Source of the DNA: Bispira polyomma
Lineage: Eukaryota
Length of the DNA: 64,000 bases
Direction of reading: 5' to 3'
NCBI GenBank assembly: GCA_965649765.1
Contig: OZ287759.1
Span: 37,510,001 to 37,574,000, forward strand
Positions 63,745-64,000 of the stretch are shown here, in pieces. The translations under genes and the position numbers were made by a program. Each line of letters opens with the position of its first letter. Position 1 is the first letter of the stretch. The notes beneath the pieces were generated by a model, which saw only the letters and a list, made by a program, of their open reading frames with translations, did no database searches and was not told the origin of the DNA.

Positions 63745-64000
63745 CCTGAGCCTGAGCCTGACAAGAAGCCGTCTGAGCCTTACCCACCTGAGTCTGATGA
63801 GAAGCCAACCGAGCTGTAACCAAACAAGGTCCTCTTCAGGACCACCTAAATATTTCAAGAACAATGTTTAAGCTATTTGTTACACCCCCCACCCCCTTAC
63901 CCAATCACAACTTACACGGAGTGATATGTAGGGGTGTAAAATTTTGGCCAATGACTTATAGCTTCTGTCTGTATGTATAAATTTTTTTTGAGGGGACAAT

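Overview
AT-rich metazoan (invertebrate, mollusc-like repeat repertoire) genomic DNA with one scaffold gap (28001-28129). The only host gene I can support is a minus-strand ankyrin-repeat gene (coding exons 8903-7972, 5352-5140, 1411-1182, continuing off the left edge). One of its ankyrin finger loops carries an inserted 'RGxD..AWHY..YG.I..SGWG..P' module. The rest is mostly mobile DNA: a 5'-truncated L2/CR1-group LINE, two divergent Ngaro-type tyrosine-recombinase (DIRS order) retrotransposons (one with complete A1-ORFs-B1-A2-B2 split direct repeats), two copies of a ~3.2 kb solo LTR-like repeat, Helentron-associated (HINE-like) elements, Kolobok/piggyBac/Harbinger/Tc1-type MITEs, many tRNA-derived SINEs and a Harbinger transposase pseudogene. 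The best new observation concerns both Ngaro elements. The ATG-less tyrosine recombinase ORF is preceded by a splice acceptor just after the RNase H stop, and a phase-matched donor sits at the same place in gag. This predicts a spliced Gag(N-terminus)-recombinase fusion mRNA with all of pol inside the intron. Also notable: a duplicated, decayed coding sequence of unknown family with strong synonymous-site bias, which the ORF track shows only as short fragments. All alignments and counts were done by eye.
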